DNA from: an uncultured Eubacteriales bacterium
GTDB taxonomy: Bacteria > Bacillota > Clostridia > Oscillospirales > CAG-272
NCBI GenBank assembly: GCA_934526185.1
Contig: CAKTAA010000001.1
Location: 24,204-88,203, forward strand
DNA: 64,000 nt
Reading direction: 5' to 3'
The position numbers and the translations under genes were made by a program. This document shows, one piece after another, positions 48,879-57,897 of the stretch. The notes under the pieces were generated by a model, which worked only from the letters and a program-made list of their open reading frames with translations, was not told the origin of the DNA and did no database searches. Position 1 is the first letter of the stretch. Each line of letters opens with the position of its first letter.

Positions 48879-50099
48879 ATGAATGCAAAAAAACTGACGG
48901 GACTTTGCGCAGCCGTCTATTTTTGCAGTTATCTGACCAGAATCAATTACTCGGCCGTCATGGTGGAAATGATTGCAAAAGAGGGCTTTGCAAAATCGGA
49001 GGCCGCTGCGGCGCTTACAGGGCTGTTTTTTTCTTATGGCATCGGACAGATAATCAGCGGCTATTTGGGAGATCGGCTGCGTCCGCATTTGCTGATCTTC
49101 TGGGGCCTGCTTGTCAGCGCCGCGATGAATCTTCTGATCCCCATGAGCGGAGAAGCCGGGACAATGACCGTCATTTGGTGCGTGAACGGTCTTGCACAGG
49201 CCTTTATGTGGCCTCCGCTTGTTAAAATTATGTCGGCTTTCTTAGAAGAAGAGGAGTACAAAAAAGCTGCGGTACGGGTGAACTGGGGCGGTTCTCTGGG
49301 AACGGTCTTTGTTTATTTTACGGCGCCGGCTCTGATAGCCTACGGAAGCTGGAAATACGTTTTTGTCTTTTCCGCCGCAGCCGCAGCGGCAATGGCCTTT
49401 CTGTGGCTGTTCAGCTATCGAAAAATTGAAAAAGGAGCAGTCTGCGCAAAGACTGAAGGTACGGCCGCCGCTGATTCCGATAAGAAACGCCTTAGCGTGC
49501 CGGGCTATGCCTGGCCGATGCTCGGCGCGGCAATGCTTGCCATTGTTATGCACGGGATACTCCGAGACGGCATTACGACATGGATGCCCTCATATATTTC
49601 TGAAATGTTCAGAATGGAAAGCACGGTTTCCATATTTTCCGGTGTTGTTCTGCCTGTTTTCGGCATCCTTATGCTGCAGGTCGTTTCAGCGGTTAACCGA
49701 AAATTCCTGAAAAATGAAATGCTGTGTGCGGCAGTCTTCTTTGCTGTGGGAGCCGTATCACTTCTGCTGCTGAGCCTCTTCGGAAAAACTCATTGGATTT
49801 GGGCGCTCCTTATGCTCATGCTGGCGGTAGGGTGTATGTACGGCGTGAATCTGATACTGGTCTGTGTACTGCCGAACTATTTCAGCAGAACCGGCAAAGC
49901 GTCTCTTGTCTCGGGACTTTTGAACGCCTGCACGTATGTGGGGAGCTGTGTTTCGACTTACGGCATTGCTGTTATTTCGGAGCGATCCGGATGGGGAGCG
50001 ACCGCTGCTGTCTGGTTTGCTGCGGCTGCTTTCGGAACGGTTCTCTGCGCTGTCTTAATTTTCGTATGGAAGACTTTTAAGAGTGCTGTGAATTCGTGA
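48879..50099 (+). CDS. MFS transporter
   Basis: About 12 predicted TM segments and the G-x-L-x-D-R motif (GYLGDRLRP) after TM2. The start is ATG 48879 or GTG 48864. Confidence 0.85.
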   Translation: MNAKKLTGLCAAVYFCSYLTRINYSAVMVEMIAKEGFAKSEAAAALTGLFFSYGIGQIISGYLGDRLRPHLLIFWGLLVSAAMNLLIPMSGEAGTMTVIWCVNGLAQAFMWPPLVKIMSAFLEEEEYKKAAVRVNWGGSLGTVFVYFTAPALIAYGSWKYVFVFSAAAAAAMAFLWLFSYRKIEKGAVCAKTEGTAAADSDKKRLSVPGYAWPMLGAAMLAIVMHGILRDGITTWMPSYISEMFRMESTVSIFSGVVLPVFGILMLQVVSAVNRKFLKNEMLCAAVFFAVGAVSLLLLSLFGKTHWIWALLMLMLAVGCMYGVNLILVCVLPNYFSRTGKASLVSGLLNACTYVGSCVSTYGIAVISERSGWGATAAVWFAAAAFGTVLCAVLIFVWKTFKSAVNS

Positions 50100-50396
50100 G
50101 GAGAAGGATGCGGCGTATGCCGGATCAGAAATTCTATACAATGCGATATGCAAAATGAGGCGGCCTCTAACTTGATTTTCTGCGGACTGGACTTTTGGTT
50201 GATATCTCGTATCAAAATTGAAATGCACTTGTGATGTTATAATCGGGTGTATCTCCCGGAACGGAATAACCAAAACAGAGCAGTATGCCGAAAATGCAGC
50301 ATTCCCATTGTCAGAAAGCGAAAACATTACTATGCTGTATATAAGAATTAGGATTTATTACTTATGTATAAACAGGAATATGTAGGCAAGAAAGAT

Positions 50397-50894
50397 ATGG
50401 ATAAAATTATGGTAATTGGTTGCCCTGGAAGTGGCAAAAGTACATTTTCCAGAGCATTGCACAAAATTACAGGCATTCCGCTTTTTCATTTGGATATGAT
50501 GAATTGGAATTCTGACAGAACGACTGTAGATAAATCTGTTTTTCGTGAGCGACTGTTAAATACAATTCAGAAGAGCGAATGGATAATTGACGGAAACTAT
50601 GGTTCCACTATAGAATTAAGAATACAGGCATGTGATACGGTAATTTTTTTAGATTATCCGTTAGATATTTGTCTTAATGGTATTATGAAAAGACGCGGAA
50701 AAGTACGAAGCGATATGCCATGGGTAGAAACTGAAAAGGAAGAAGATGCTGAATTTATCGAGTTTATAAAAAATTATAATTCACAAAGCAGACCCAAAGT
50801 GATGGAGCTGTTAGAAAAATACTCATACAAAGATATTTATATTTTTAAAAACCGAAATGAGGCGGATAAATTTCTAAATCTCATTCAACAATGA
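50397..50894 (+). CDS. P-loop NTPase, adenylate-kinase/topology-modulation (FlaR-like) family
   Basis: The P-loop follows directly after the start (MDKIMVIGCPGSGKSTFS), and the gene is small. It is visibly AT-rich relative to its neighbours. Confidence 0.75.
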   Translation: MDKIMVIGCPGSGKSTFSRALHKITGIPLFHLDMMNWNSDRTTVDKSVFRERLLNTIQKSEWIIDGNYGSTIELRIQACDTVIFLDYPLDICLNGIMKRRGKVRSDMPWVETEKEEDAEFIEFIKNYNSQSRPKVMELLEKYSYKDIYIFKNRNEADKFLNLIQQ

Positions 50895-51018
50895 ATTCCA
50901 ATTTTATAGGCGTGGCTGCAAACTGTTCTTATTTTTATTATAGTAAAATCAATTCCGCTGCGAAGTCTCAACAAAAATATTCCACAGAAAATAATGCTAT
51001 TGGTACAGCGGCAGGGTA

Positions 51019-51047
51019 TTGACAAGGGAACAGGACTGGATTATAAT
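51019..51047 (+). promoter_or_regulatory. Consensus sigma-70 promoter of the FMN riboswitch-ribU unit
   Basis: TTGACA (51019-51024), a 17-nt spacer, then TATAAT (51042-51047). Confidence 0.7.
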
Positions 51048-51064
51048 AGTTAACGAAAACGTAT

Positions 51065-51185
51065 ATGGAAATCTTCGGGGCAGGGTGAAATTCCCGACTG
51101 GCGGTAAAGTCCGCGAGCGCTGTGAGGCGCAGATCCGGTTTGATTCCGGAACCAACAGTACAGTCTGGATGTGAGAAGATGACGG
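51065..51185 (+). promoter_or_regulatory. FMN riboswitch (RFN element) aptamer
   Basis: Hallmark strings CTTCGGGGCAGGGTGAAATTCCCGAC, GGCGGTAAAGTCCGCGAGC and CCGGTTTGATTCCGGAACCAACAGTACAGTCTGGATG. P1 closes ATCTTC (51071) with GAAGAT (51175-51180). A riboflavin transporter lies downstream. Confidence 0.9.
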
Positions 51186-51300
51186 CGGCCGGAATTTTGA
51201 AGCTATGCTTTTGTGCAGCTTTGGAATCGAAAAAGCTTTTCTGAAAACCGCCGTTTGCACTGAAAATTTTGGATGAGCCGCACAGCGGCCGTCTGCCGGC

Positions 51301-51339
51301 AGCCCCGCCGATCCTGAGATCCGGCGGGGCTGTATTTTT
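51301..51339 (+). terminator. Riboswitch expression-platform terminator
   Basis: AGCCCCGCCGATC-CTGA-GATCCGGCGGGGCT followed by GTATTTTT, 60 nt before the ribU ATG. Confidence 0.8.
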
Positions 51340-51399
51340 CATAACGCCTCCTTCTGCATTTCCTTGCGTTGAAAACAAATATGGGGGTGCTGTATTCTA

Positions 51400-52080
51400 A
51401 TGAGAAACGTAAGAGTGAAAAAGCTGACGCTGACAGCGATGCTGTGCGCCATCGCGTATGCGGTGATGGCTGTGGGAAGAATTCCTGTTGTGATGTTTTT
51501 GTCGTATGATCCAAAGGATGTCATTATCTGTATCGGAGGATTTCTTATGGGGCCGGTGGCGGCGTTCGTTGTGTCCGCTGTTGTTTCCCTTGTGGAAATG
51601 GCGACGGTAAGCACAACCGGACCGATCGGTTTGGTAATGAATATCATTTCCTCCTGTGCTTTTGCCTGTACGGCGTCGCTGATATACCGGAAAAAGAGAA
51701 GCATGGGCGGCGCCGTTTTCGGTCTTGCCGCCGGATGCGCCGCCATGACGGTGGTTATGCTGCTGTGGAACTATCTTGTCACGCCGATTTATATGGGATA
51801 TCCCCGTGAGGCGGTGGCTGCGCTGCTGGTTCCCGTGTTTCTGCCGTTCAATTTGCTGAAGGGCGGGCTGAACTTCGCTGTAACACTGCTGCTTTATAAG
51901 CCTGCATCTGTCGCGCTGCGCCGCGCCGGTCTGCTGCTTTCTGGGGAGCCGGATGAAAGAAAGCCTTCTGCGGCGGAGATGAAAAAGCCGTGGCGGCCGA
52001 ATGTCGGCATGCTGCTCTTTGCCCTGCTGCTTCTTGCAACCTGCATTTTGCTGCTGCTGGTTTTCAAGGGCGTGATTTGA
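51400..52080 (+). CDS. ribU: ECF transporter S component for riboflavin
   Basis: 226-aa six-TM protein (LTLTAMLCAIAYAV...) directly behind an FMN riboswitch. Confidence 0.85.
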   Translation: MRNVRVKKLTLTAMLCAIAYAVMAVGRIPVVMFLSYDPKDVIICIGGFLMGPVAAFVVSAVVSLVEMATVSTTGPIGLVMNIISSCAFACTASLIYRKKRSMGGAVFGLAAGCAAMTVVMLLWNYLVTPIYMGYPREAVAALLVPVFLPFNLLKGGLNFAVTLLLYKPASVALRRAGLLLSGEPDERKPSAAEMKKPWRPNVGMLLFALLLLATCILLLLVFKGVI

Positions 52081-52191
52081 TTTCCATATCTGCTGCGGCT
52101 TGTTCTTCGGCATGCGCGGGATTCTGAAAAAAAGCAGACTGTTTTCGATACTCTATATCTGAGCCGGGGTTCGGTTTTTCGGAGCAATGGC

Positions 52192-52220
52192 TTGACCTCG
52201 AAGAAATTTTTGTGTATAAT
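52192..52220 (+). promoter_or_regulatory. Near-consensus promoter upstream of the radical SAM gene
   Basis: TTGACC (52192-52197), a 17-nt spacer ending in TGTG, then TATAAT (52215-52220). Confidence 0.6.
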
Positions 52221-52446
52221 GGAAATATAAGGTATGGTTTGCAGCGCTCATGGCACGGCGAAGCGTTCGGTAACTTCTTCGGCACCGGCGGGAGGCACGG
52301 GACGTTGTCTGTTTTTGGAACGCCGGGCATAATACTACTGCCGGCAGTAATGACGCTGTATTACAATTTTCATTTGGAATCCGCCGTTTCCGTTTGTAAA
52401 AGATGCGGGAGCGTCTTTTGGGCGGCGGGGAGTTTGTGAGGGGATT

Positions 52447-53955
52447 ATGTCAAAGAAAGACGTTGCTCTGATTGCATTTTATAATACAAAGGCGCTCGGT
52501 GTACGATATCTGGCAAATGCGCTGAAGGCGTCCGGGTATGTGCCGCACATTATTTTTCTGAAAGGCTTTAACAGCGCGACGCCGTCGCGCGCCACAGCAG
52601 AGGAGATGCGGCTGCTCGGCGGGCTTATCGACCGGATTTCCCCGCTGTTTATCGGCATGAGCGTGATGAGCTCGCTTTATCTGGAAACTACATACGACGC
52701 GAACCGCGTTGCGCGGGAGCGCGGCCTGCCGCTGTTCTGGGGCGGCGTTTTCGCATCGCTGGAATCCGAAAGAGCGGCGCATTCCTGTGATTATGTGATG
52801 CGCGGAGAGGGCGAGGAGACGATTGTCGATGTGGCCGAGGCGCTGACCTGCGGCGGAGACGTCAAAAAGATCCCCAATCTGGCGTGGATAGACGATGAGG
52901 GAAAATATTGTGAAAACCCGCTGCGTCCTTTGGTCGAGGACATCGATCGGTGCGGATACCCGGAGGTAGACGGGGGAAACATGTACGTCATCGATAACGA
53001 TAAAATCCGCGAGGGGGATCCGCAGACCACGGCTTTTACCTATGAGCTTACCGCGTCGCGGGGATGTCCATTCCGCTGCACGTACTGCTCTGCGCCGAAT
53101 CTGAGGCGTATGTATGACGGAAAGGGAAAATATCTGCGGTTCCGGAGCGTTGACAGTGTTATGGAGGAGCTGAAAAAAGCGAAGCAGAGAATTCCGAAGC
53201 TGCGCGTCGTTCACTTTTGGGACGAGGTGTTTTCGACGAGAGACGAGTGGGTGGACGAGTTTTCCAGCAGGTATAAAAAGGAAGTCGGGATACCGTTCCG
53301 TATTTGGAGTCACCCGCTGGCGGTGAATGAAAAGCTGATTACCAAGCTGGTAGACGCTGGTCTGCATCAGGCGGTAGTCGGCATTCAGAGCGGATCGCCG
53401 TCCGTGAGACAGGATACCTTTCACCGGCCGGAGACGCAGGAGCAGATTATAGAGGCAAGCCGCATCCTGTCCAGGTGCCGCGTACCTGTGGTCTATTACG
53501 ATTTGATGATTTGTCATCCCTTTGAAAATCTTGAACAGCTAAAGGAAACCTTTGACCTCTGCATGGCGCTTGAACCGCCGTTCCGGCTGAATATTCACGG
53601 TCTGAATTTCCTGCCGGGAACAGATATTGTCCAGATGGCGCTTGATCAGGGAATACACACGCAGGAAGAGCTGGACTCCATGATGTACAGCTCCATCAAG
53701 GAGCAGTACGACAGATACTGGGGCTCTGCTGCCAAGGATTTCAAAAAGGCAAGTGATAAAAACGTCTGGGTGGATATGATCTATCTGACACAGTTTCCGC
53801 AGGTGCGTGAAACGCTGAAGGCATTGGCTGCTCGGGCGGAAGCCGATGAATGCGGTGTGGAAAACGAAATAAGGAAGCTCAAGAAAAAGATGGAGAGAAA
53901 GCTGTTTGTCGACAGATATACCGATAAAATCAAGCTTGTGCTGAAAATAAAATAA
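52447..53955 (+). CDS. B12-binding domain-containing radical SAM protein
   Basis: N-terminal Rossmann-like B12-binding region, radical SAM cluster motif RGCPFRCTYCSAP (CxxxCxxC), and a C-terminal coiled-coil tail. Confidence 0.85.
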   Translation: MSKKDVALIAFYNTKALGVRYLANALKASGYVPHIIFLKGFNSATPSRATAEEMRLLGGLIDRISPLFIGMSVMSSLYLETTYDANRVARERGLPLFWGGVFASLESERAAHSCDYVMRGEGEETIVDVAEALTCGGDVKKIPNLAWIDDEGKYCENPLRPLVEDIDRCGYPEVDGGNMYVIDNDKIREGDPQTTAFTYELTASRGCPFRCTYCSAPNLRRMYDGKGKYLRFRSVDSVMEELKKAKQRIPKLRVVHFWDEVFSTRDEWVDEFSSRYKKEVGIPFRIWSHPLAVNEKLITKLVDAGLHQAVVGIQSGSPSVRQDTFHRPETQEQIIEASRILSRCRVPVVYYDLMICHPFENLEQLKETFDLCMALEPPFRLNIHGLNFLPGTDIVQMALDQGIHTQEELDSMMYSSIKEQYDRYWGSAAKDFKKASDKNVWVDMIYLTQFPQVRETLKALAARAEADECGVENEIRKLKKKMERKLFVDRYTDKIKLVLKIK

Positions 53956-54092
53956 CAGTTCGAGATTCCGGCAATTTTGCGATGATCCGTACCTGCCGGC
54001 ATAAAAAGCCGGCCCGGCATTGCAGAAAAAACATACGGCCGCGTGTGAAGGAATAAAAAAGCCTGCAAAAGTTTAAAAATTTCAAAAAATAC

Positions 54093-54122
54093 TTGACAGC
54101 ATGTACGGAAATCATGTATAAT
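54093..54122 (+). promoter_or_regulatory. Sigma-70 promoter of rpmH
   Basis: TTGACA (54093-54098), an 18-nt spacer, then TATAAT (54117-54122). Confidence 0.6.
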
Positions 54123-54216
54123 AGAGAATACTGTATGGACGCGTATCAGATTTATGAGTTTTTCCAAAACGATAGAGAATCGTTCATCCAAGCTGATCAT
54201 CAAGGGGGTGTAGCCG

Positions 54217-54351
54217 ATGCTTAGAACATACCAGCCAAAGAAACGTCAGAGAAAAAAAGAGCATGGTTTTCGGAAAAGAATGAGAACTGCTGACGGCAGA
54301 AATGTGTTGAAAAGAAGGCGTGCCAAAGGCAGAGTAAGACTCACTTACTGA
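54217..54351 (+). CDS. rpmH: 50S ribosomal protein L34 (not in the ORF track)
   Basis: My translation is [44 protein letters not shown] (44 aa), with SD AAGGGGGTG. Confidence 0.95.
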   Translation: MLRTYQPKKRQRKKEHGFRKRMRTADGRNVLKRRRAKGRVRLTY

Positions 54352-54366
54352 TGTTGCAAAAAAGAA

Positions 54367-54396
54367 GCCTGTGGCATTTGTCCATAGGCCTTTTTG
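54367..54396 (+). terminator. Intrinsic terminator after rpmH
   Basis: GCCTGTGG / CCATAGGC 8-bp stem with one G-U pair, then CTTTTTG. Confidence 0.55.
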
Positions 54397-54821
54397 TATT
54401 CCATGTCATTTGCTGTCCGTTTATGCGTGCGTTTTCATACGAAAGAAAGCAGTTTGTCGGCTTTTGCGGCATACATACGGAAGATTGACGGAAACTCCGT
54501 CGTTTTTCGGCAGACGGTGTTTCCGAAACGCTGCGGGGGCGGAAAAAAAGGTTTGTTTGGCTTTTGCCGGGCGGAAAAAGTGTTTTTTGCCGGAACCGTC
54601 TAAAGCCGGCAGATAAAGAAATTCAGACGAAAAAAGAGACGGGCCAATCCTTGTCTGTTCATACGGACAGTCTCCGGAGACAAAAGCGGAATCCGCAAAA
54701 AGCAGGGCGGTCAGACGGCGAAGATCGCCGATTTCATTGATTTCAAGGGCTGTGTAAGCGCAATATTGGAGAATGGGGCCTGCTCCGGAACATGCGCAGC
54801 GCAGCTAAAAACGGCGGGATT

Positions 54822-55241
54822 ATGAAGTACAGAGCGATCGGAGAAAATCATTTGTTCGGCAAAGTGTACGCGAGGGGGAAAAAAGCTGTCGCGCGCACTG
54901 TGGTTGTGTATTGTCTGAAGGACTATCACGCCGCCCGTTTGCAGAAGGCGCATCCGCTGAAGCTGCGGGTGAACCGAATCGGCCTTACCGTCACCAAAAA
55001 AATCGGGGGAGCCGTCACAAGAAGCCGCGTTAAACGGATTCTGCGTGCAGGTCTGCAGGAGGTGGAAAAACACACGCCGCTGAAGACAGGATTTTTGATC
55101 GTCATTGTGGCGCGTGACGCCGCAGTTACCGCAAAATCCACACTGGTGGCCCGCGATCTCTCTTATGCAGTGCGGAAGCTTGGCCTTGCCGCCGATAACG
55201 CTGCGGCTGTCGGAAAGGTTTCGGGAGAAAAAAATCCATGA
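54822..55241 (+). CDS. rnpA: Ribonuclease P protein component
   Basis: Basic about 140-aa protein carrying the RNR-like motif region (GLTVTKKIGGAVTRSRVKRILR). Start re-picked to ATG 54822. Its stop overlaps the yidD ATG (ATGA). Confidence 0.88.
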   Translation: MKYRAIGENHLFGKVYARGKKAVARTVVVYCLKDYHAARLQKAHPLKLRVNRIGLTVTKKIGGAVTRSRVKRILRAGLQEVEKHTPLKTGFLIVIVARDAAVTAKSTLVARDLSYAVRKLGLAADNAAAVGKVSGEKNP

Positions 55242-55465
55242 GCCGCATATGTATTTATTTGATTTCACTTTACCGCAGATTTCTGTCTCCTCTGAAGAGC
55301 GTGCCGAGCTGCCGATTTCGGCCGACCTGCTCTGCCTACGCAATCGAGGCGTTCCGCGAATGGGGATTTATCAGAGGTCTCGGCCTGTCGGTATACAGAG
55401 TGCTCCGCTGCAATCCGTTTTGCCGCGGCGGATATGATCCGGTTCCCAGGCGCCGCCGGAAATAA
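55238..55465 (+). CDS. yidD: Membrane protein insertion efficiency factor YidD
   Basis: Matches the YidD consensus: LISLYRRFLSPL...CRF.PTCSAYAIEA....G...G..L...R.LRC.PF..GGYDPVP. Confidence 0.92.
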   Translation: MSRICIYLISLYRRFLSPLKSVPSCRFRPTCSAYAIEAFREWGFIRGLGLSVYRVLRCNPFCRGGYDPVPRRRRK

Positions 55466-55513
55466 ACGGCGGAAACAGCAGCATATAATACATAAAATAT
55501 CGGAAAGGTATGG

Positions 55514-56638
55514 TTGGCCGATTTGAACAGTATTTTGGATATTATTAACGTACCCTTTGGGTACGTCATTTCGTGGAGTTACCATCTGACAAACAGCTAC
55601 GTGCTGGCGTTGCTGTTCTTTGCAATCGTCATGAAGCTCGTGCTGTTTCCTTTGGGAATCAAGCAGCAGAAAAATATGGTAAAGCAGGCATCCCTGCGTC
55701 CAAAGGAACAGGCAATCCGCAAGAAGTACGCGGGACGCAACGATAAGGTGACACAGCAGAAGATGCAGGAAGAGATCATGAATCTCTATACACGCGAGCA
55801 TTTCAACCCTGCGAGCGGATGTCTGCCTCTGCTTCTGCAGCTTCCGATTATCTGGTCTCTGTACAGCATCATCACCAATCCTCTGAGCTATATCTGTAAG
55901 CTGTCGACCGAAAGCGTCACTTTGCTGCAGACAAAAATCAACGAACTGTTGACGGCCGGCGGCGGATCTGCTGTAGAAAAGTTTGTAAACCAGATACAGA
56001 TGATAACAAAAATGAAGGAGCTTGGCCTCCAGAATTTTGACGGTCTTATCGAGGGCTTCACAACCGCCGATATACCGAATTTCACCGTTTTTAACGGCGC
56101 GATCGATCTTTCTGCGATCCCCATGGAGCATCTGGCAAGCTGGCTTGTGCTCATTCCGATACTGACGTTTGTGGTTTCCTATTTTACCATGAAGCTGACA
56201 AGAAAATTTACCTATACGCCTCCGCAGCCGGAAGGACAGGATGCGGGCGCGTCTATGAAGATTATGAACCTTTCCATGCCGCTTATCAGCGTGTTTATCT
56301 CCTGCACTATTTCTGCTGCTATCGGTGTATACTGGATGTACCAGAACATACTCGGCCTTGTACAGCAGGTGATTCTGTCAAAAATGTACCCGATTCCGCA
56401 GTTTACGGAGGAGGATTTCAAGGCGGCGGAACGGGAATTTGGAGTAGCTTCTAAAAAAGAAAAGAAAAAGCAGGCAAAGGTGCGTTCGTTGCATCATATT
56501 GACGATGATGATTTTGAAGAATCAAAGACATCGGATGAACGGAAAGAGCTGGAGCCGCAGCCGCAGAAAAAAGCTCTGCCTGAGAGAACGGCCGGTATTG
56601 AACATGCTGAGCTGAAGGACGACGACCGCAACGCATAA
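55514..56638 (+). CDS. yidC: Membrane protein insertase YidC
   Basis: Motifs LLFFAIVMKLVLFPL, the LRPKEQAIRKKY loop, GCLPLLLQLPI and a basic C-terminal tail. TTG start behind GGAAAGG. Confidence 0.9.
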   Translation: MADLNSILDIINVPFGYVISWSYHLTNSYVLALLFFAIVMKLVLFPLGIKQQKNMVKQASLRPKEQAIRKKYAGRNDKVTQQKMQEEIMNLYTREHFNPASGCLPLLLQLPIIWSLYSIITNPLSYICKLSTESVTLLQTKINELLTAGGGSAVEKFVNQIQMITKMKELGLQNFDGLIEGFTTADIPNFTVFNGAIDLSAIPMEHLASWLVLIPILTFVVSYFTMKLTRKFTYTPPQPEGQDAGASMKIMNLSMPLISVFISCTISAAIGVYWMYQNILGLVQQVILSKMYPIPQFTEEDFKAAEREFGVASKKEKKKQAKVRSLHHIDDDDFEESKTSDERKELEPQPQKKALPERTAGIEHAELKDDDRNA

Positions 56639-56644
56639 CAGACG

Positions 56645-56676
56645 AGGCCTGCCCGGAAACGGACGGGCCTGTTTGT
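56645..56676 (+). terminator. Intrinsic terminator after yidC
   Basis: AGGCCTGCCCG-GAAA-CGGACGGGCCT (one mismatch) followed by GTTTGT. Confidence 0.5.
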
Positions 56677-56904
56677 AAGCTGTTGCTGCGCGGGACGGTG
56701 TACTTTGTTAAAAAACGGGACGGAAAAAATTCAAAACATAGATTTGAATTGGGAACAAAATACAGCCTTGCGCGTCTCTACCTATGTGGGTGGCGGAGTG
56801 CAGACAGGAATCTCAGCGGTAAAAATATTTTGAATGACAAAAGAAAATGTATAGGCTCAAAATGCTAACAGCAAAGATCACATGTGAAATGGAGTTTCAA
56901 TAAT

Positions 56905-57690
56905 ATGCGAACATATGCTGATTTTCATGTTCATACAAAGTTTTCCGACGGCAGAGACAGCATGGAGAAGATGGCGGAGACCGCATATGAAAAGGGGATG
57001 TACGCGCTCGGATTTTCCGATCATGCGGAAAGGGATTTCGGATTGAACGAAGCACGTATTGAGGCATACAAGGCTGAAATTGTACGAATCCGGAAGCTGT
57101 ACGAGGGAAAAATACAGATATATGCCGGCGTTGAGCTGGACTTGTTTTCGGAGATGCCGACAGACGGGCTTGATTATATCGTATCGTCAGCGCATTATCT
57201 CAAGCATGGCGACGAGCTGCTGCCGGTCGACTGGTCCGGAGAACGGACACGGGAAATTGTTGACAAATATTACGGCGGCGATATTTTTGCGTATACCCGG
57301 GATTACTACAGCGAGGTTTCGCATCTGGCCGATCGGGGACCGGCTGTCATCGGGCACTTTGATCTGGTGACCAAGTTCAATGAGGGCGGACAGATGTTTG
57401 ATGAATGCGATCCGAAATACCTTGCGCCCGCTATGGATGCCGTTGAAGCGCTCGCGGCTAAAAATGCGGTCTTTGAGATCAATACCGGGGCGATATTCCG
57501 CGGGCACAGGAGTCAGCCGTATCCCTCGCTGCCGCTGCTGAGACGTATGAAGGAGCTGGGCGGACGTTTTATACTCGCCGGCGACAGCCATAATGCGGAT
57601 GCGCTGTGCTATCAGTTTGCGGAGGCAGAGGCGTATGCCGGACTTGCCGGCATAACAGAGTTTGAAAAGTATCCGCCCGGAAGAAATTGA
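56905..57690 (+). CDS. hisJ: PHP-family histidinol-phosphatase (HisJ/HisK type)
   Basis: N-terminus MRTYADFHVHTKFSDG plus later H/D metal ligands (FSDHAE, SAHY, IGHFD, GDSH). Start re-picked to ATG 56905. Confidence 0.75.
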   Translation: MRTYADFHVHTKFSDGRDSMEKMAETAYEKGMYALGFSDHAERDFGLNEARIEAYKAEIVRIRKLYEGKIQIYAGVELDLFSEMPTDGLDYIVSSAHYLKHGDELLPVDWSGERTREIVDKYYGGDIFAYTRDYYSEVSHLADRGPAVIGHFDLVTKFNEGGQMFDECDPKYLAPAMDAVEALAAKNAVFEINTGAIFRGHRSQPYPSLPLLRRMKELGGRFILAGDSHNADALCYQFAEAEAYAGLAGITEFEKYPPGRN

Positions 57691-57897
57691 CGTTTTTTAA
57701 ATTTTCAGTTTGATTTCCGGACACGGCCCTGACAGCGGATGACCGCGAAAAGAAGGACATTTTGCCGATTTTGAAAGAGAAAATTACATGCCGTCACCGA
57801 TTCTGTCGGTTTTTCGGAAATGCGCGGTATGAAAATAAATAGGTTTCCGGCAGAACACAAGCTGCCGGCCGCTAATATATTAAATGAGGTGAAAAAA

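Noticed and set aside
52212-52439. 75-aa track ORF, and a 32-aa ATG ORF at about 52234, as a RiPP precursor for the radical SAM enzyme.
   Set aside because: The 75-aa ORF starts inside the -10 hexamer of the only good promoter and has no SD. The 32-aa ORF has essentially no SD spacing. Neither has a leader/core-like composition.
52221-52446. Cobalamin or SAM riboswitch ahead of the B12-radical-SAM gene.
   Set aside because: The B12-box and the SAM-I core strings I remember are absent. The question needs a covariance-model scan to settle.
53956-54216. Replication origin or DnaA-box cluster next to rpmH.
   Set aside because: I saw no TTATCCACA-like boxes, and dnaA is not adjacent. The upstream neighbour is the radical SAM gene on the same strand.
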